Below are positions 39,812 to 48,887 of a stretch of 64,000 nt of DNA, piece by piece. A program made the position numbers and the translations under genes. The stretch is from an uncultured bacterium (GTDB taxonomy: Bacteria; Eisenbacteria; RBG-16-71-46; CAIMUX01; WJJG01): contig CAZRWW010000010.1 in assembly GCA_964603725.1 (NCBI GenBank), forward strand, positions 34,935 through 98,934, given 5' to 3'. Below the pieces are notes generated by a model. The model did no database searches and had not been told where the DNA came from. It saw only the letters and a list, made by a program, of their open reading frames with translations. Position 1 is the first letter of the stretch, and each line of letters starts with the position of its first letter.

Positions 39812-41050
39812 CTATTCGAGGCAGTGAATGCCGTCAATGCCCCCGTAGTATATCCTGCCGTCTTCGTCCATGATCATCCTGGTCAAGATGGCCGATTCCA
39901 GCCACTTCGTCAGGATCTCCTGGCCGTCCGCCGAGACGTGCACCAAGACGTGGCCGCACCCCGCGAGGACCGAGCCGTCGGCCAGGACGCTGACGGCGAC
40001 GTCGGGGACGCTGCCGGGGAGCGTGTAGGACCAGACCGCGGCGCCGCTGCGCACCTGCTGGAGCCTGTTGCCGACGACCACGTAGACCGTACCGTCCGGC
40101 GTCGAGGCCGGCGGCTGGGCCGAGGCATCGCCCTTGCCGAGGTCCAGTTCCCAGGCCACGTTGCCGTCTGCAGCGAACTGGCTCAGGCGGGGTGTCTTCT
40201 GCTCGGCGTCCACCAGCAGCGCCTGCCCGTCGGGGGTCATGGCCAGCGAGACGACGGCCGGAGTGACCACCTCGACCACGCCCTTCTCCTCCGTCTCTTC
40301 CCCCCGGAAGAGAAAGAGCCGATCCTCCGTCGCGACGGCGGCCCGCCCCCCGTCGTCGGACAGGGCGACGCCCCGCAGCCGGACCGGGAAGCGAAGCGCC
40401 GACAAGGTCTTCATGCGGTCGGGCAGGTAGCGGATGAAGCGGGAGACCGCGGGGACGGGGTTGTCCTCCGGCGTGCTCACCGGCTCCTCCCGCTCCTCCA
40501 GGCAGTAGACGACCAGCTTGTCCTGCCGCAGGTAGGCGTGCAGAACCACGTCCGGGGAGACGGACGCCAGGTGCACCTTCTGCGCGGCCTGGCCCGCATC
40601 GTCCAGCATGACGCAGTAGCCGGCGTGGTCGAGGGTCAGGATGCCGTCCTCCTCCAGCGCGAAGAGGTGGTTGCCGTACAGAGGATGGGTCCAGCGCACA
40701 TCCCCGCCCGCACGGTCTACGGCGACCAACAGGTCGCCGTAGCAGACCACCAGGAGGTCCCCGCGTAGGCCCAGACAGCGCGGCCGCCGACCCGCGGCCG
40801 CGGGGGCCGATGCGCTCCAGACGACGTCTCCCGCCGGGTGGCCGGCCACCGGCAGGAAGGAGCTGTGGCGCTGGTCGGCGTACATGCGACCGTTGAGGAT
40901 CGTCGGACCAGTCATCATATCCTCCGCATTCTCCAACGTTCTCCGATCTCTTTCGGATCCGCCCCGGCATCCGCTCAGGAGGGGCCAGGACGCCAGGAGC
41001 AGGACCGCCAGGGACAGGATTCGCGCGCCTCTCATGGATTTCTCCTGCAT
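39812..41050 (-). CDS. Lipoprotein with PQQ-like beta-propeller repeats; candidate immunity protein for the upstream metalloprotease-like effector
   Basis: Signal peptide with lipobox LLSGC. Repeated ..DG.V(W/Y).. segments consistent with a beta-propeller. It lies immediately downstream of the 1338-aa effector in the PAAR operon. Confidence 0.6.
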   Translation of the reverse strand: MQEKSMRGARILSLAVLLLASWPLLSGCRGGSERDRRTLENAEDMMTGPTILNGRMYADQRHSSFLPVAGHPAGDVVWSASAPAAAGRRPRCLGLRGDLLVVCYGDLLVAVDRAGGDVRWTHPLYGNHLFALEEDGILTLDHAGYCVMLDDAGQAAQKVHLASVSPDVVLHAYLRQDKLVVYCLEEREEPVSTPEDNPVPAVSRFIRYLPDRMKTLSALRFPVRLRGVALSDDGGRAAVATEDRLFLFRGEETEEKGVVEVVTPAVVSLAMTPDGQALLVDAEQKTPRLSQFAADGNVAWELDLGKGDASAQPPASTPDGTVYVVVGNRLQQVRSGAAVWSYTLPGSVPDVAVSVLADGSVLAGCGHVLVHVSADGQEILTKWLESAILTRMIMDEDGRIYYGGIDGIHCLE

Positions 41051-41117
41051 TTCTGCGCCGCTCCGGACCGCGCGCGGTCCGCCCCGGCCGCCTCTGGGCG
41101 TCCCGGGCCTGCCCAGG

Positions 41118-44100
41118 CTACGGCGTGATCCTCTGCAGGCTGTAGGTCGCCGGCGTGGTGCCGTCGGATCGCATCTTGTCGTTGACCCAAATCTCCAGGA
41201 ACTTCAGCGCCGCTTCCTCGCTGACCCCGGCGTCCATGTTCAGGAAGTGGGCCTTCAGTTCGTCGGCCCTGACGGACTCGGCGACGTCGAGCCGCCCGTC
41301 CGCGCTGATCAGGAGCGTCTTATCGCAGAGCTCGTCCATCGCCCGCTTGTCCGCGGCGCCGGTGAACAGGCCGCGCAGCTCATTCCGGTGGGCGTCGCTC
41401 AGGGCGCCCGTGCCCGTGTACGACACCTTCCGAGACGCGTTGTTGTAGCTGATGTCCGCCTGCAGGCCGACGGACAGAGTGGTCAAGTCCGGCGCCGTCG
41501 ACACGGTCACCGCGTAGTCGGTGATGAAGCTCAGAGCGTGGTTCCAATCGCCGCCGCCGTGGCCCTCCTGGAATCCGGACAGGAAGTGGACGTACAGGTC
41601 GTCCATCCCGGCCGGTCCGCCGACGAGGCGATACTTCTGACCGAGGTCGTCCCAGAACTTCCGGATCAGGCCCAGCCGGTCGTGGGCGTCGGCCGCGGCC
41701 ATGGCCGGCGCACCCATTGCGGCGCCGATCATCACGCGCACGAGCAGGACTCCGTGGTGGCGGTGCGTGGGCTGGTTCTTCGTGAAGCAGCCCTTCGAGC
41801 CCGCCTCGCCGTGGGACGATTCGTCCTCGGCCGTGTCGTAGAGCGCCAGGTGGAGCCGGCGCTGGGAGCGCGACTTCCGCTGCAGCCGGTTGACCGCGCT
41901 CTTGTCGGCCGCCCCGGCGAAGAGGTCGCGCAGGTCGTCGCGCTCGTCGTCGGTCATCGCGCCGCTGTCGGTCCAGAACAGGAACCGATCCGTCGCTTCG
42001 TGGCGCACCTTGGCCCGCAGCGCGGCGTCCAGGGTGGTCAGATCCGGGGTCGTGGACACGGTCACCCAGTTTGGCAGCCGGTACTGGGCATCCCGCACCA
42101 TCGGCTCGCGAAGATCGCCCTGGATCTGCGGCGTGCCCGCGGGCGCCGCGGCGCCCGTCCAGGGCGTCCAGCCAGTGGCGCGCTTGAAGGTCTGGTCCTT
42201 TCCGCCCCGCACGAAGCGGATGATGAACTTCTTCCCCTTCAGCGGGTGGTCCCCCGCGGCCGTGGGCGGCGGGCACTGGGCGTTCAGGTAGTGCAGGTGA
42301 TACCAGCAGTGGCGGCTCCGCGTGACGCCGTTGTGGAACATGATGGCTGCTTCGTTGTTCGGGTCCATGCTGTACTGCGCCAGGTGCGTGGAGAAGGCGT
42401 TGTAGTTACGCTTGTCTCCGCCGAGGTCGACGCCTCCCTTCTTGATGTACTCGTCCTGCAGGCTGGTGGCATGGCCCAGCTCGTGGGCCATGACGAAGCA
42501 GTCGTAGCTGTCGCCGTCCTCCGAATAGCCACCTCCCGTCTCGTATTTCCAGCCGGCATTGGCGGCCTGGTAGGTCGACTTGCGCAGCAACATGGCCGAA
42601 TGGGCCGTCGCGCCGTCCCGCACCGACCAGGCCCACGAGCCCGTCGCCTCGGGAACCAGAAAACACACCCAGCGCACAGACCCGCCGAAGGCACTCTCCT
42701 GGGCAGTCCGGAACTTCCCGTCGTTGTAGACCTGCTGCAGATGCACCAGCCTTTGCGCCGTCGAGAGAGTACTGCTGACGAAGTCCTTGTTCTTGGGATG
42801 GTCCGCCAGCGGGATCTCGAAGGTCTCACGCTCGTCGAAGAAGTAGAATGGCTTGATGCGCAGGGAGTCGTCCGCGGCCGGATCGATGTCCTCGTCGTAG
42901 TGGAAGCGCTTTGAGTTCCAACGCGCCATGGCGTTGTAGGGCGCCTGGTTGACGAAGTTCGAGATGTCGTCCAGGTCCGGGTTGGCGGCGACGGCGGACC
43001 AGGCCGTCCGATCCTGCGCCCCGCGCGTGTCGAGCATCACGTTCCAGGCAACCTCGATCACCAGGAAGGACAAGGGGTGGGTCCCCTCGATGTCCAGATG
43101 GTGGAAGTAGCGCAGCCCGTAGTCGCCGGTGTAGCCGTACTCGTTGTCCGAGACGTTCCGGTCCCAGGTGAAGGCGGCGTCCAGCTTCACCGCCTTCCGC
43201 GCCCCCACCACCGGCCGGTGCGCCAGGTCCATCCAGTTGGCCGGCTGGTCGGTGGTCCGCTCCCGGCCGATGACGAAGAAGTCGTTGCGGAAGTGGATGA
43301 TCCGCGCGTTGGGCGCCATGCCGCTGACCAGGTTCCGCTCGAAACGGATGCGCTCGTCGCGGGCTGTCGTGATGTTGGCGCCGCGGGACGGCGAGGCCGG
43401 AGCCGCCAGCCGCGGCGTCCGCAGCGAGGTGTTGTCCTCGGAGGGCTTGGTCCACAGGCGGAGGGTGTGGTTCGCGGTGTCGACGACAAGCACCTTGACC
43501 CGCGAGCCGGGATTCGCCCGGCCGTCGCAGAGCGCCTTGGCGATGCCCCGCTGGTTCGCGTCCTGGATGTTCTGGTCGTGCGAGGCGGCTGTCTCGAAGA
43601 TGACGACGTCGTCGAGAGAAAACTCCAGCGGCTCGCTGCGCGTCGTCGTGTTGGCGCCAAAGGGCTTCAGCTGGCGTTTGTCCGCGAGGTGCTCGTGGAA
43701 GGCGCAGTCGTGGCTGTGATCTCTGTCGTGGCGGGTGTGGTAGTTATGCGCACTCCACTTCATCGGCAGGTCGTAGTAGTGGAACTTCTGGGCGAAGGTC
43801 AGTTTAGCCCAGTTGTCGGGGCGGTTCACGATGCAGGGCGTCGCGTCGGCGTTCCGCGTGTGGATCATCCGCACGACGGGCGTGCCCTCGTGCTCGGGCG
43901 CCTCGAAGGCGAAGTAGAAGTACCTGTCCATGAAGTCCGGGTTCGGATCCTCGCTGTCGAAGCGGACGCGGACGGAGTGAATGCCCTCCTGGTACTGCGT
44001 AACGCAGGGGATCTCCTCCGGGGCGCTGCCGGCCGTCCGGAGTCGCTTGAAGGCCCTGACGTTCACGCGGCCGGGGATGTCCCGGAATTCCTCCTTGATC

Positions 44101-45134
44101 ACGTCGTAGTAGCGGAACTTGAGGTGGTAGACCACCGCGAAGCGGTCGCCCGGCCCCACGTAGTAGCGGTTGAAGTGCCGCTCGTACCACATCGGACAGT
44201 CGTGCGCCAGATCGTGCACCGCGCTCGTCGGGAGGGTGGGGCAGGCTGCCAGGGCGCCCGACTCGGCGGTGCCGGCCTGGTAGATTAGGACCTCGATGCG
44301 GCTGTCCGTCTCGGAGCGGATCTTCTCGTCGCCTCGCTCGCCGTCGGGCACGGGAAAGGAGTGGGCGCAGCCGACCATCTTGACGGTGCCGTTGATCCAG
44401 TGCAGGCCGCCGCGCAGGGCCGCCAGCTCGGCCCGGGTCTTGCCGAGGAAGTCGCCGACCATCAGCTCGTAGACGTGATAGATCGCACGCCAGTGCGAGG
44501 TCGCGAGCAGGTTTCCCTCCGCCCCGCTCACCACCTCGCCCAGGTTGGGCGGCAGGTCGGCAATCTCCTTCATGTGGGCGGCCACGTCGCTGTTAAAGTG
44601 GGCGGCGAAGTTGTCCAGGGCCGTCTGCGTGGCCTCGTCGAAGGAGTTGTTCACCTCGCCGGGGTCGCACTCCCAGTCGCCGTTCTTCCAGCCGCCGGAC
44701 TCATCGTACTCGTGGACGTGCTTCAGGATCTGCTTGTAATCCCCGACGGTGTGCCGACCACGGCAGGTCAGAGCCCAGCGCTCCGCGTTGCCGGCGATCA
44801 GCTGCAGGATCCCGTCGGCCCGCTCGCGCGAGAGGCGGAAGCTCTCCGGGATGTCGTCCTGCGCCGCCGTGTGGCCGGTGACGAGCAGGCCGCGCTCCGG
44901 ATAGAGCCGCGCCAGGACGAGGGCCAGGCCCACGGCCCTCAAGCCGGTCGCGGGAGGGTCGTCGGCATCGGGATCGACGTCCGGCGACTCGGGCATCATG
45001 ACCGCGCTGTTTTCCCGGAAGAGGACGTCCTCGAACTCGACGATGTCGACGGGGATGCGATCGACCCGGGCCTCGACGGTGGTGCCGGTCACACCGGTGG
45101 CGCCGACCCCGCCGCTGCCGCCGTTCATTGCCAT
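41118..45134 (-). CDS. Giant (1338 aa) T6SS cargo effector candidate with an OmpA/MotB-like N-terminal domain, a central zincin HExxH metallopeptidase-like domain and a duplicated C-terminal ~65-aa module
   Basis: N-terminal LLVTGHTAAQDDIPESFRLSRERADGILQLIAG resembles the OmpA_C peptidoglycan-binding motif. CFVMAHELGHATSLQDEY is an HExxH motif. The C-terminus has two homologous segments (VTVSTTPDLTTLDAALRAKV..LRDLFAGAADKSAV and VTVSTAPDLTTLSVGLQADI..LRGLFTGAADKRAM). It lies directly downstream of a PAAR gene. Confidence 0.65.
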   Translation of the reverse strand: MAMNGGSGGVGATGVTGTTVEARVDRIPVDIVEFEDVLFRENSAVMMPESPDVDPDADDPPATGLRAVGLALVLARLYPERGLLVTGHTAAQDDIPESFRLSRERADGILQLIAGNAERWALTCRGRHTVGDYKQILKHVHEYDESGGWKNGDWECDPGEVNNSFDEATQTALDNFAAHFNSDVAAHMKEIADLPPNLGEVVSGAEGNLLATSHWRAIYHVYELMVGDFLGKTRAELAALRGGLHWINGTVKMVGCAHSFPVPDGERGDEKIRSETDSRIEVLIYQAGTAESGALAACPTLPTSAVHDLAHDCPMWYERHFNRYYVGPGDRFAVVYHLKFRYYDVIKEEFRDIPGRVNVRAFKRLRTAGSAPEEIPCVTQYQEGIHSVRVRFDSEDPNPDFMDRYFYFAFEAPEHEGTPVVRMIHTRNADATPCIVNRPDNWAKLTFAQKFHYYDLPMKWSAHNYHTRHDRDHSHDCAFHEHLADKRQLKPFGANTTTRSEPLEFSLDDVVIFETAASHDQNIQDANQRGIAKALCDGRANPGSRVKVLVVDTANHTLRLWTKPSEDNTSLRTPRLAAPASPSRGANITTARDERIRFERNLVSGMAPNARIIHFRNDFFVIGRERTTDQPANWMDLAHRPVVGARKAVKLDAAFTWDRNVSDNEYGYTGDYGLRYFHHLDIEGTHPLSFLVIEVAWNVMLDTRGAQDRTAWSAVAANPDLDDISNFVNQAPYNAMARWNSKRFHYDEDIDPAADDSLRIKPFYFFDERETFEIPLADHPKNKDFVSSTLSTAQRLVHLQQVYNDGKFRTAQESAFGGSVRWVCFLVPEATGSWAWSVRDGATAHSAMLLRKSTYQAANAGWKYETGGGYSEDGDSYDCFVMAHELGHATSLQDEYIKKGGVDLGGDKRNYNAFSTHLAQYSMDPNNEAAIMFHNGVTRSRHCWYHLHYLNAQCPPPTAAGDHPLKGKKFIIRFVRGGKDQTFKRATGWTPWTGAAAPAGTPQIQGDLREPMVRDAQYRLPNWVTVSTTPDLTTLDAALRAKVRHEATDRFLFWTDSGAMTDDERDDLRDLFAGAADKSAVNRLQRKSRSQRRLHLALYDTAEDESSHGEAGSKGCFTKNQPTHRHHGVLLVRVMIGAAMGAPAMAAADAHDRLGLIRKFWDDLGQKYRLVGGPAGMDDLYVHFLSGFQEGHGGGDWNHALSFITDYAVTVSTAPDLTTLSVGLQADISYNNASRKVSYTGTGALSDAHRNELRGLFTGAADKRAMDELCDKTLLISADGRLDVAESVRADELKAHFLNMDAGVSEEAALKFLEIWVNDKMRSDGTTPATYSLQRITP

Positions 45135-45146
45135 AACCAGAGCCTC

Positions 45147-46229
45147 TCAGGATCGATTCTGATCCCGCACGTTGACGGTGACCCGTATTCGCCCGGGCGA
45201 AATGTCCTCCACCTTGCCGCAGCCGTTCTCGTCGAGGGTGCCCTCGATCACCTGGCCGTTGGCGCAGACCACGCAGTAGGGTTCGTAACCCACCTCGTTG
45301 CCCTCCTCGTCCCACAGCTGCAGCTCGATCCAGTCCTTGAAGATCCGCGATCCGGAGCGCGCCGCGCAGATGCTGGCCTCGGCGATGCAGTGGAAGGTCG
45401 GCGCCGAGTTCCCCTGCCAGACGCTGCGCTCCTCCTGGACCGGCAGCAGGTCCTCGGCCACGTCGAGGGTCCACTCTCCCTCGATCCGGTCGCCGTCGAC
45501 CTGGGTCTCGATCATCCGGAGCTCGCGCTCGGGGGCGTTGAGGTCGCGCATGAAGATCGGCAACCGCGCCGGGGTTCCCGACTCGAGCGCCGAGCACTTG
45601 CCCTGCGGCCGGACGACTTCGCCCAAGCCCGCCCCGCCGACAGACCAGGCGGCCCGGGAGGTGACGCACACCTCGATGTCGTAGCTGCCGGACTCGAGGT
45701 CCGTCTTGCACAGGGTGCCGTCAAAGGTGCCGACTTCCTTGACCGTGCCGCGACCGCAGAGGGCGCAGCCAATTCCCGTGACCGGGAAGCCGCCCTCGTC
45801 CACGAAATCGACGTGCAGAAAGTGGTCGTCGGCCTCCTCGGTCTGGGAATCGATGCCGGCCTCGCTCTCACAGGCCGAGCTGCCGGCCCCCCCGGCGGTC
45901 GCGCAACCGGCTGCGGTGCCGGTCCCCATCAGAACGGTCGGGCAGCCAGGTGGCGCAATGGTGTCGAGCGGTCCGACGCAGGTGGCCATGTCGCCGGCGC
46001 AGGCCGCCGGGAGGCCGCCGGTCAGCACGGTCGCCACTTCGGGCGGCATTACGGGCCCGCCGACGTGGGCGATGGGTGGGGTCCCTGGCGTCCGCATGGG
46101 GCAGGTGCGCATGTCGCCGACGCGGGCCGCCGGAACTCCCCCGATGAGCACAGTCGGCGCGCCAGCGACGACCTTTCCGCCATGGGCGGTGGTGTCACCC
46201 AATCGCGCGTCCGGTTTGGACATACCCAA
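45147..46229 (-). CDS. PAAR-repeat spike-tip protein with a ~200-aa C-terminal extension domain of unknown function
   Basis: N-terminus RLGDTTAHGGKVVAGAPTVLIGGVPAARVGDMRTCPM..TVLTGGLPAACAGDMATCVG carries the PAAR motifs. The C-terminal half is homologous to the 50507 PAAR C-terminus and to the standalone ORFs at 48888 and 38758. Confidence 0.85.
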   Translation of the reverse strand: MGMSKPDARLGDTTAHGGKVVAGAPTVLIGGVPAARVGDMRTCPMRTPGTPPIAHVGGPVMPPEVATVLTGGLPAACAGDMATCVGPLDTIAPPGCPTVLMGTGTAAGCATAGGAGSSACESEAGIDSQTEEADDHFLHVDFVDEGGFPVTGIGCALCGRGTVKEVGTFDGTLCKTDLESGSYDIEVCVTSRAAWSVGGAGLGEVVRPQGKCSALESGTPARLPIFMRDLNAPERELRMIETQVDGDRIEGEWTLDVAEDLLPVQEERSVWQGNSAPTFHCIAEASICAARSGSRIFKDWIELQLWDEEGNEVGYEPYCVVCANGQVIEGTLDENGCGKVEDISPGRIRVTVNVRDQNRS

Positions 46230-46359
46230 GCCCCAGGAACGTCGGTAGGATTCCTCAGTTCCCGAAGATCATACCAGCAGCAAGCCCCAGTGTCATCTGT
46301 TGGCAATCAGCACTCACTCGACGGTAATGACTGGGGTGGGGAGAAGTCAACGGAGCCCC

Positions 46360-46700
46360 GGGAATCCACCGCCTCCGATTCTGGCGATGTCGGAGGGTGC
46401 TCATCGAAGGGCTGTTTTTGCAGGCCTCCCATGAGCCGCAGCTTTCCCAGGCTCTATCGCCCAACTTCGCACCCCAAGGGCAATTGGAGCGCCCCTGCGA
46501 ATGCACCTCGCCCGCGGTCGCTACTCGCGATCTTGCGGTCTTGCTCGCAGTACCTCACGGGACACTCCGCCCAGCTCGGTGACCCGCGCGCCAGCAGGCC
46601 GATGCGCTGCCGAGCGGCCAACACGACGTCCGTCGAGGGGTGGCTGGCGCTGAGCCGCAACCACCAACACCGCGCGTGACGCACCACCCGCCCCGGCAGG
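46360..46700 (-). repeat. 340-bp partial copy (about 88% identity) of the 3' end of the IS1380/IS4-like element at 36155..36494
   Basis: Directly alignable nucleotide blocks, for example GATGTCGGAGGGTGCTCA.CGAAGGGCTGTTTT and CACCAACACCGCGCGTGACGCAC.ACCCGCCCCGGCAG. The copy lacks the stop codon, producing the chimeric ORF 46454..46975. Confidence 0.8.
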
Positions 46701-46975
46701 GAGTAAGAGGAATCTTGTGTCCTTGACCGCTGGGATCTAAGGGGCTTGCGAGACTGGCACGACCGTCGTCGCCCTAGGCGCCGGTGGCCGGGGTGGGGGA
46801 GTATGCTCTGCGCCTGTGCCTGGGCCGGTGGCCACCCCCGGGAGTCTGCATGCCGCGCGTACCGGCGGATCGCCTTGCCATCCACGCCCGTGTGACGTGC
46901 GATCTCCCGCTGGCTGAACCCGTAGCTTATTAGAGTCTTGATCGCTATCCGTAGATGGCTCTTCAAACTGTTCAC
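46454..46975 (-). pseudogene. Chimeric IS remnant ORF: an N-terminal IS-type HTH fused to the C-terminal tail of the IS1380/IS4-like transposase
   Basis: N-terminus MNSLKSHLRIAIKTLISYGFSQREIARHTGVDGKAIRRYARH is an HTH. C-terminus ..LPGRVVRHARCWWLRLSASHP.. equals the end of the 36370..36930 ORF. There is no DDE core. Confidence 0.5.
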
Positions 46976-47170
46976 TCCTTCCCCCCTTCCCTGTGGTGAA
47001 GGGGGTAGGGTAACGTCCCGCCGCTGAGCCGGCGATCAGGTGATGCTCAGCTCACTGCCAGGTGGGGAGTTTGAGGTGGCCATCGCTGGCGGAGCTTGGG
47101 TGGCCACCGGGGCTTTGTGGAAGGAAGGACTCCATCTCATCACTTACAGCCCAACATTGCTGGGGGCGCT

Positions 47171-48181
47171 CTACCCTCCTGCACCATCCGCACACCAGAT
47201 GTGTTTCCACGTGATCCGGAGGGTCTTGCCCTCGGTGCTGACGTCGATCCAGTAGCCGTTGTCCATATTCCAGTTCTTGACCACGGATCGGAACTGGTTC
47301 TGCTGATCCTCGCTGCTTGGATTGCCCTGATAGAGAGTGATCAAAGCCTCGCAGAGCTTCTCCGCCAACCCCACAGCGCGTGTCCGCAGAAGGTCGGGAT
47401 AGTACTTCGTCTTCGACTTGATCCGGTCGTGTTCGACCAAGGACATATGCGGTTTCGTGGGCACGGGACTTCCAACAACGCCCCAGATGATCCGAGACTT
47501 GTCATACGCCTCGTCCAGAACCACGTCATAGTAGTTCTCGTAGCAGTTCTTCAGGTAGGCGAAGCCCGGGGACTGGCCGTGCGTGTTCTGGAAGGCGAGT
47601 TCTATGTCGCGTAGAACATCTTTGGTCTCGGCATGGAGCTGCGTATAGCCCGGCATGGCAGGCAAAGTAACCTGAGTGCAGGGAGGGACTAAGTGGACCC
47701 AGGAGGAACCCGTGTGGATGTCTTTGCGTCCGTAGAATTCCTTCGCGAGGTATGAGTCCTGGTGACACTCAGAGGTCTTGTGAATGTCCTTGATGACCTG
47801 GGAGTGGTAAGCACCCGCGTAGCAGTTTACGTAAGGGTGAACCATCGCATCCGCCGCAACGTGCGTGGCATGCCCGAGCGCGTAGGCCAGCGTCCGTTCC
47901 CGGCGGTCCTTGTCCTTCGTGGTCTTTGCCACGAGGACCAGCTGCAGTAGGAACTCTCCCTGCTTGTTGTAGTGGAATAGGTCCGCATAGACGCTGTGGC
48001 CGGACTTCTCCCGGCAGTATGGCAGATCGGGTCCATTCGCGCCGAAGTAGACGTACTTGGAGATGCCCTCGTTCTGATCGTCCGCACGACCCTTGAAGAG
48101 CTCGTAGCCCTGCTTTTTGCCGTTGATGAAGCGCCAGGCGACATCCTTGGCAACAGCCCAATGCGCCAGAATAGCAGGCAT
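47171..48181 (-). CDS. Zinc-dependent phospholipase C / S1-P1 nuclease-fold protein; candidate T6SS lipase effector
   Basis: N-terminal MPAILAHWAVAKD and LAYALGHATHVAADAMVHPYVN match the H/D zinc-ligand pattern of the Zn-dependent PLC family. It is the last gene of the PAAR2/Eag operon. Confidence 0.55.
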   Translation of the reverse strand: MPAILAHWAVAKDVAWRFINGKKQGYELFKGRADDQNEGISKYVYFGANGPDLPYCREKSGHSVYADLFHYNKQGEFLLQLVLVAKTTKDKDRRERTLAYALGHATHVAADAMVHPYVNCYAGAYHSQVIKDIHKTSECHQDSYLAKEFYGRKDIHTGSSWVHLVPPCTQVTLPAMPGYTQLHAETKDVLRDIELAFQNTHGQSPGFAYLKNCYENYYDVVLDEAYDKSRIIWGVVGSPVPTKPHMSLVEHDRIKSKTKYYPDLLRTRAVGLAEKLCEALITLYQGNPSSEDQQNQFRSVVKNWNMDNGYWIDVSTEGKTLRITWKHIWCADGAGG

Positions 48182-48253
48182 CGCAGACCCTCTTGATCAA
48201 CTCTGCCTGAGCCTACGGCGCTAGGCCACTAGCATCAGGCAGTAGTAATAGCA

Positions 48254-48859
48254 TTAGACAGTGGTGACGACTTGCTTGCCGTTTTTCCAGTAGATGACCC
48301 CGTCAATCAGGCAATCGAGAATCTTGGCCTCCTCCTTCTTGTCGAGACGGATCAGGATCCGGTTGATGCCTGCATCCGACTTCTGCAGATCCTTGGCAAG
48401 CTCATCGAACGTCTTGGTCTCTCCGGTCAGACAGAAGTCACCGCGGAACAGGATGATCTGCGCCCGTAGAGAGGCTGTTGGATATACGTCCGCATCCTCC
48501 CGGAAGACCGTCTTCCCGCTGTCCTTGTCGTACGTCTTCAGAAGACCGCCTTTCTGCGGTTTCAGGGTGACACACAGGTTTTCAAGAGAATTGTTGACGC
48601 AGTCCACATCTCGCAGAGTGATGGAATGGCGATTGCCCTTGGTGACGACTCCGCGATCGCTCACCTTCCGAAGCCGTCCCTCGTGCATTTCCATCAAGAG
48701 CCGGCCGCTTCTGTCTCCCAGCTCAAGATCAGCTTTGGTCTTCAGGCCAGCCGTGGGATCGATCTCGATGGCGAGTTCGATGTTCACTTGCGACAGGACG
48801 AGGGGATGGCTCTCACCGGTCTTCAACTTGCTATCGGTCTGCTCGGGGTCACCCATCAC
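48254..48859 (-). CDS. Hypothetical 201-aa protein; candidate immunity or adaptor within the PAAR2 effector operon
   Basis: Complete ORF with plausible composition and no recognisable motif. It lies between the PAAR C-terminal-domain-family ORF and the PLC-like gene. Confidence 0.4.
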   Translation of the reverse strand: MMGDPEQTDSKLKTGESHPLVLSQVNIELAIEIDPTAGLKTKADLELGDRSGRLLMEMHEGRLRKVSDRGVVTKGNRHSITLRDVDCVNNSLENLCVTLKPQKGGLLKTYDKDSGKTVFREDADVYPTASLRAQIILFRGDFCLTGETKTFDELAKDLQKSDAGINRILIRLDKKEEAKILDCLIDGVIYWKNGKQVVTTV

Positions 48860-48887
48860 GTCTCTCCTGTACAGGCATGCCTACCCG

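Noticed and set aside
39824-46679. ORFs 39824..40768 +, 39834..40970 -, 40884..42914 +, 41380..42276 -, 43077..44288 +, 44361..46679 + (772 aa), 44701..45711 -
   Set aside because: They are antisense or alternate frame of the lipoprotein, the 1338-aa effector and PAAR1. None has motifs, and composition bias explains their length.
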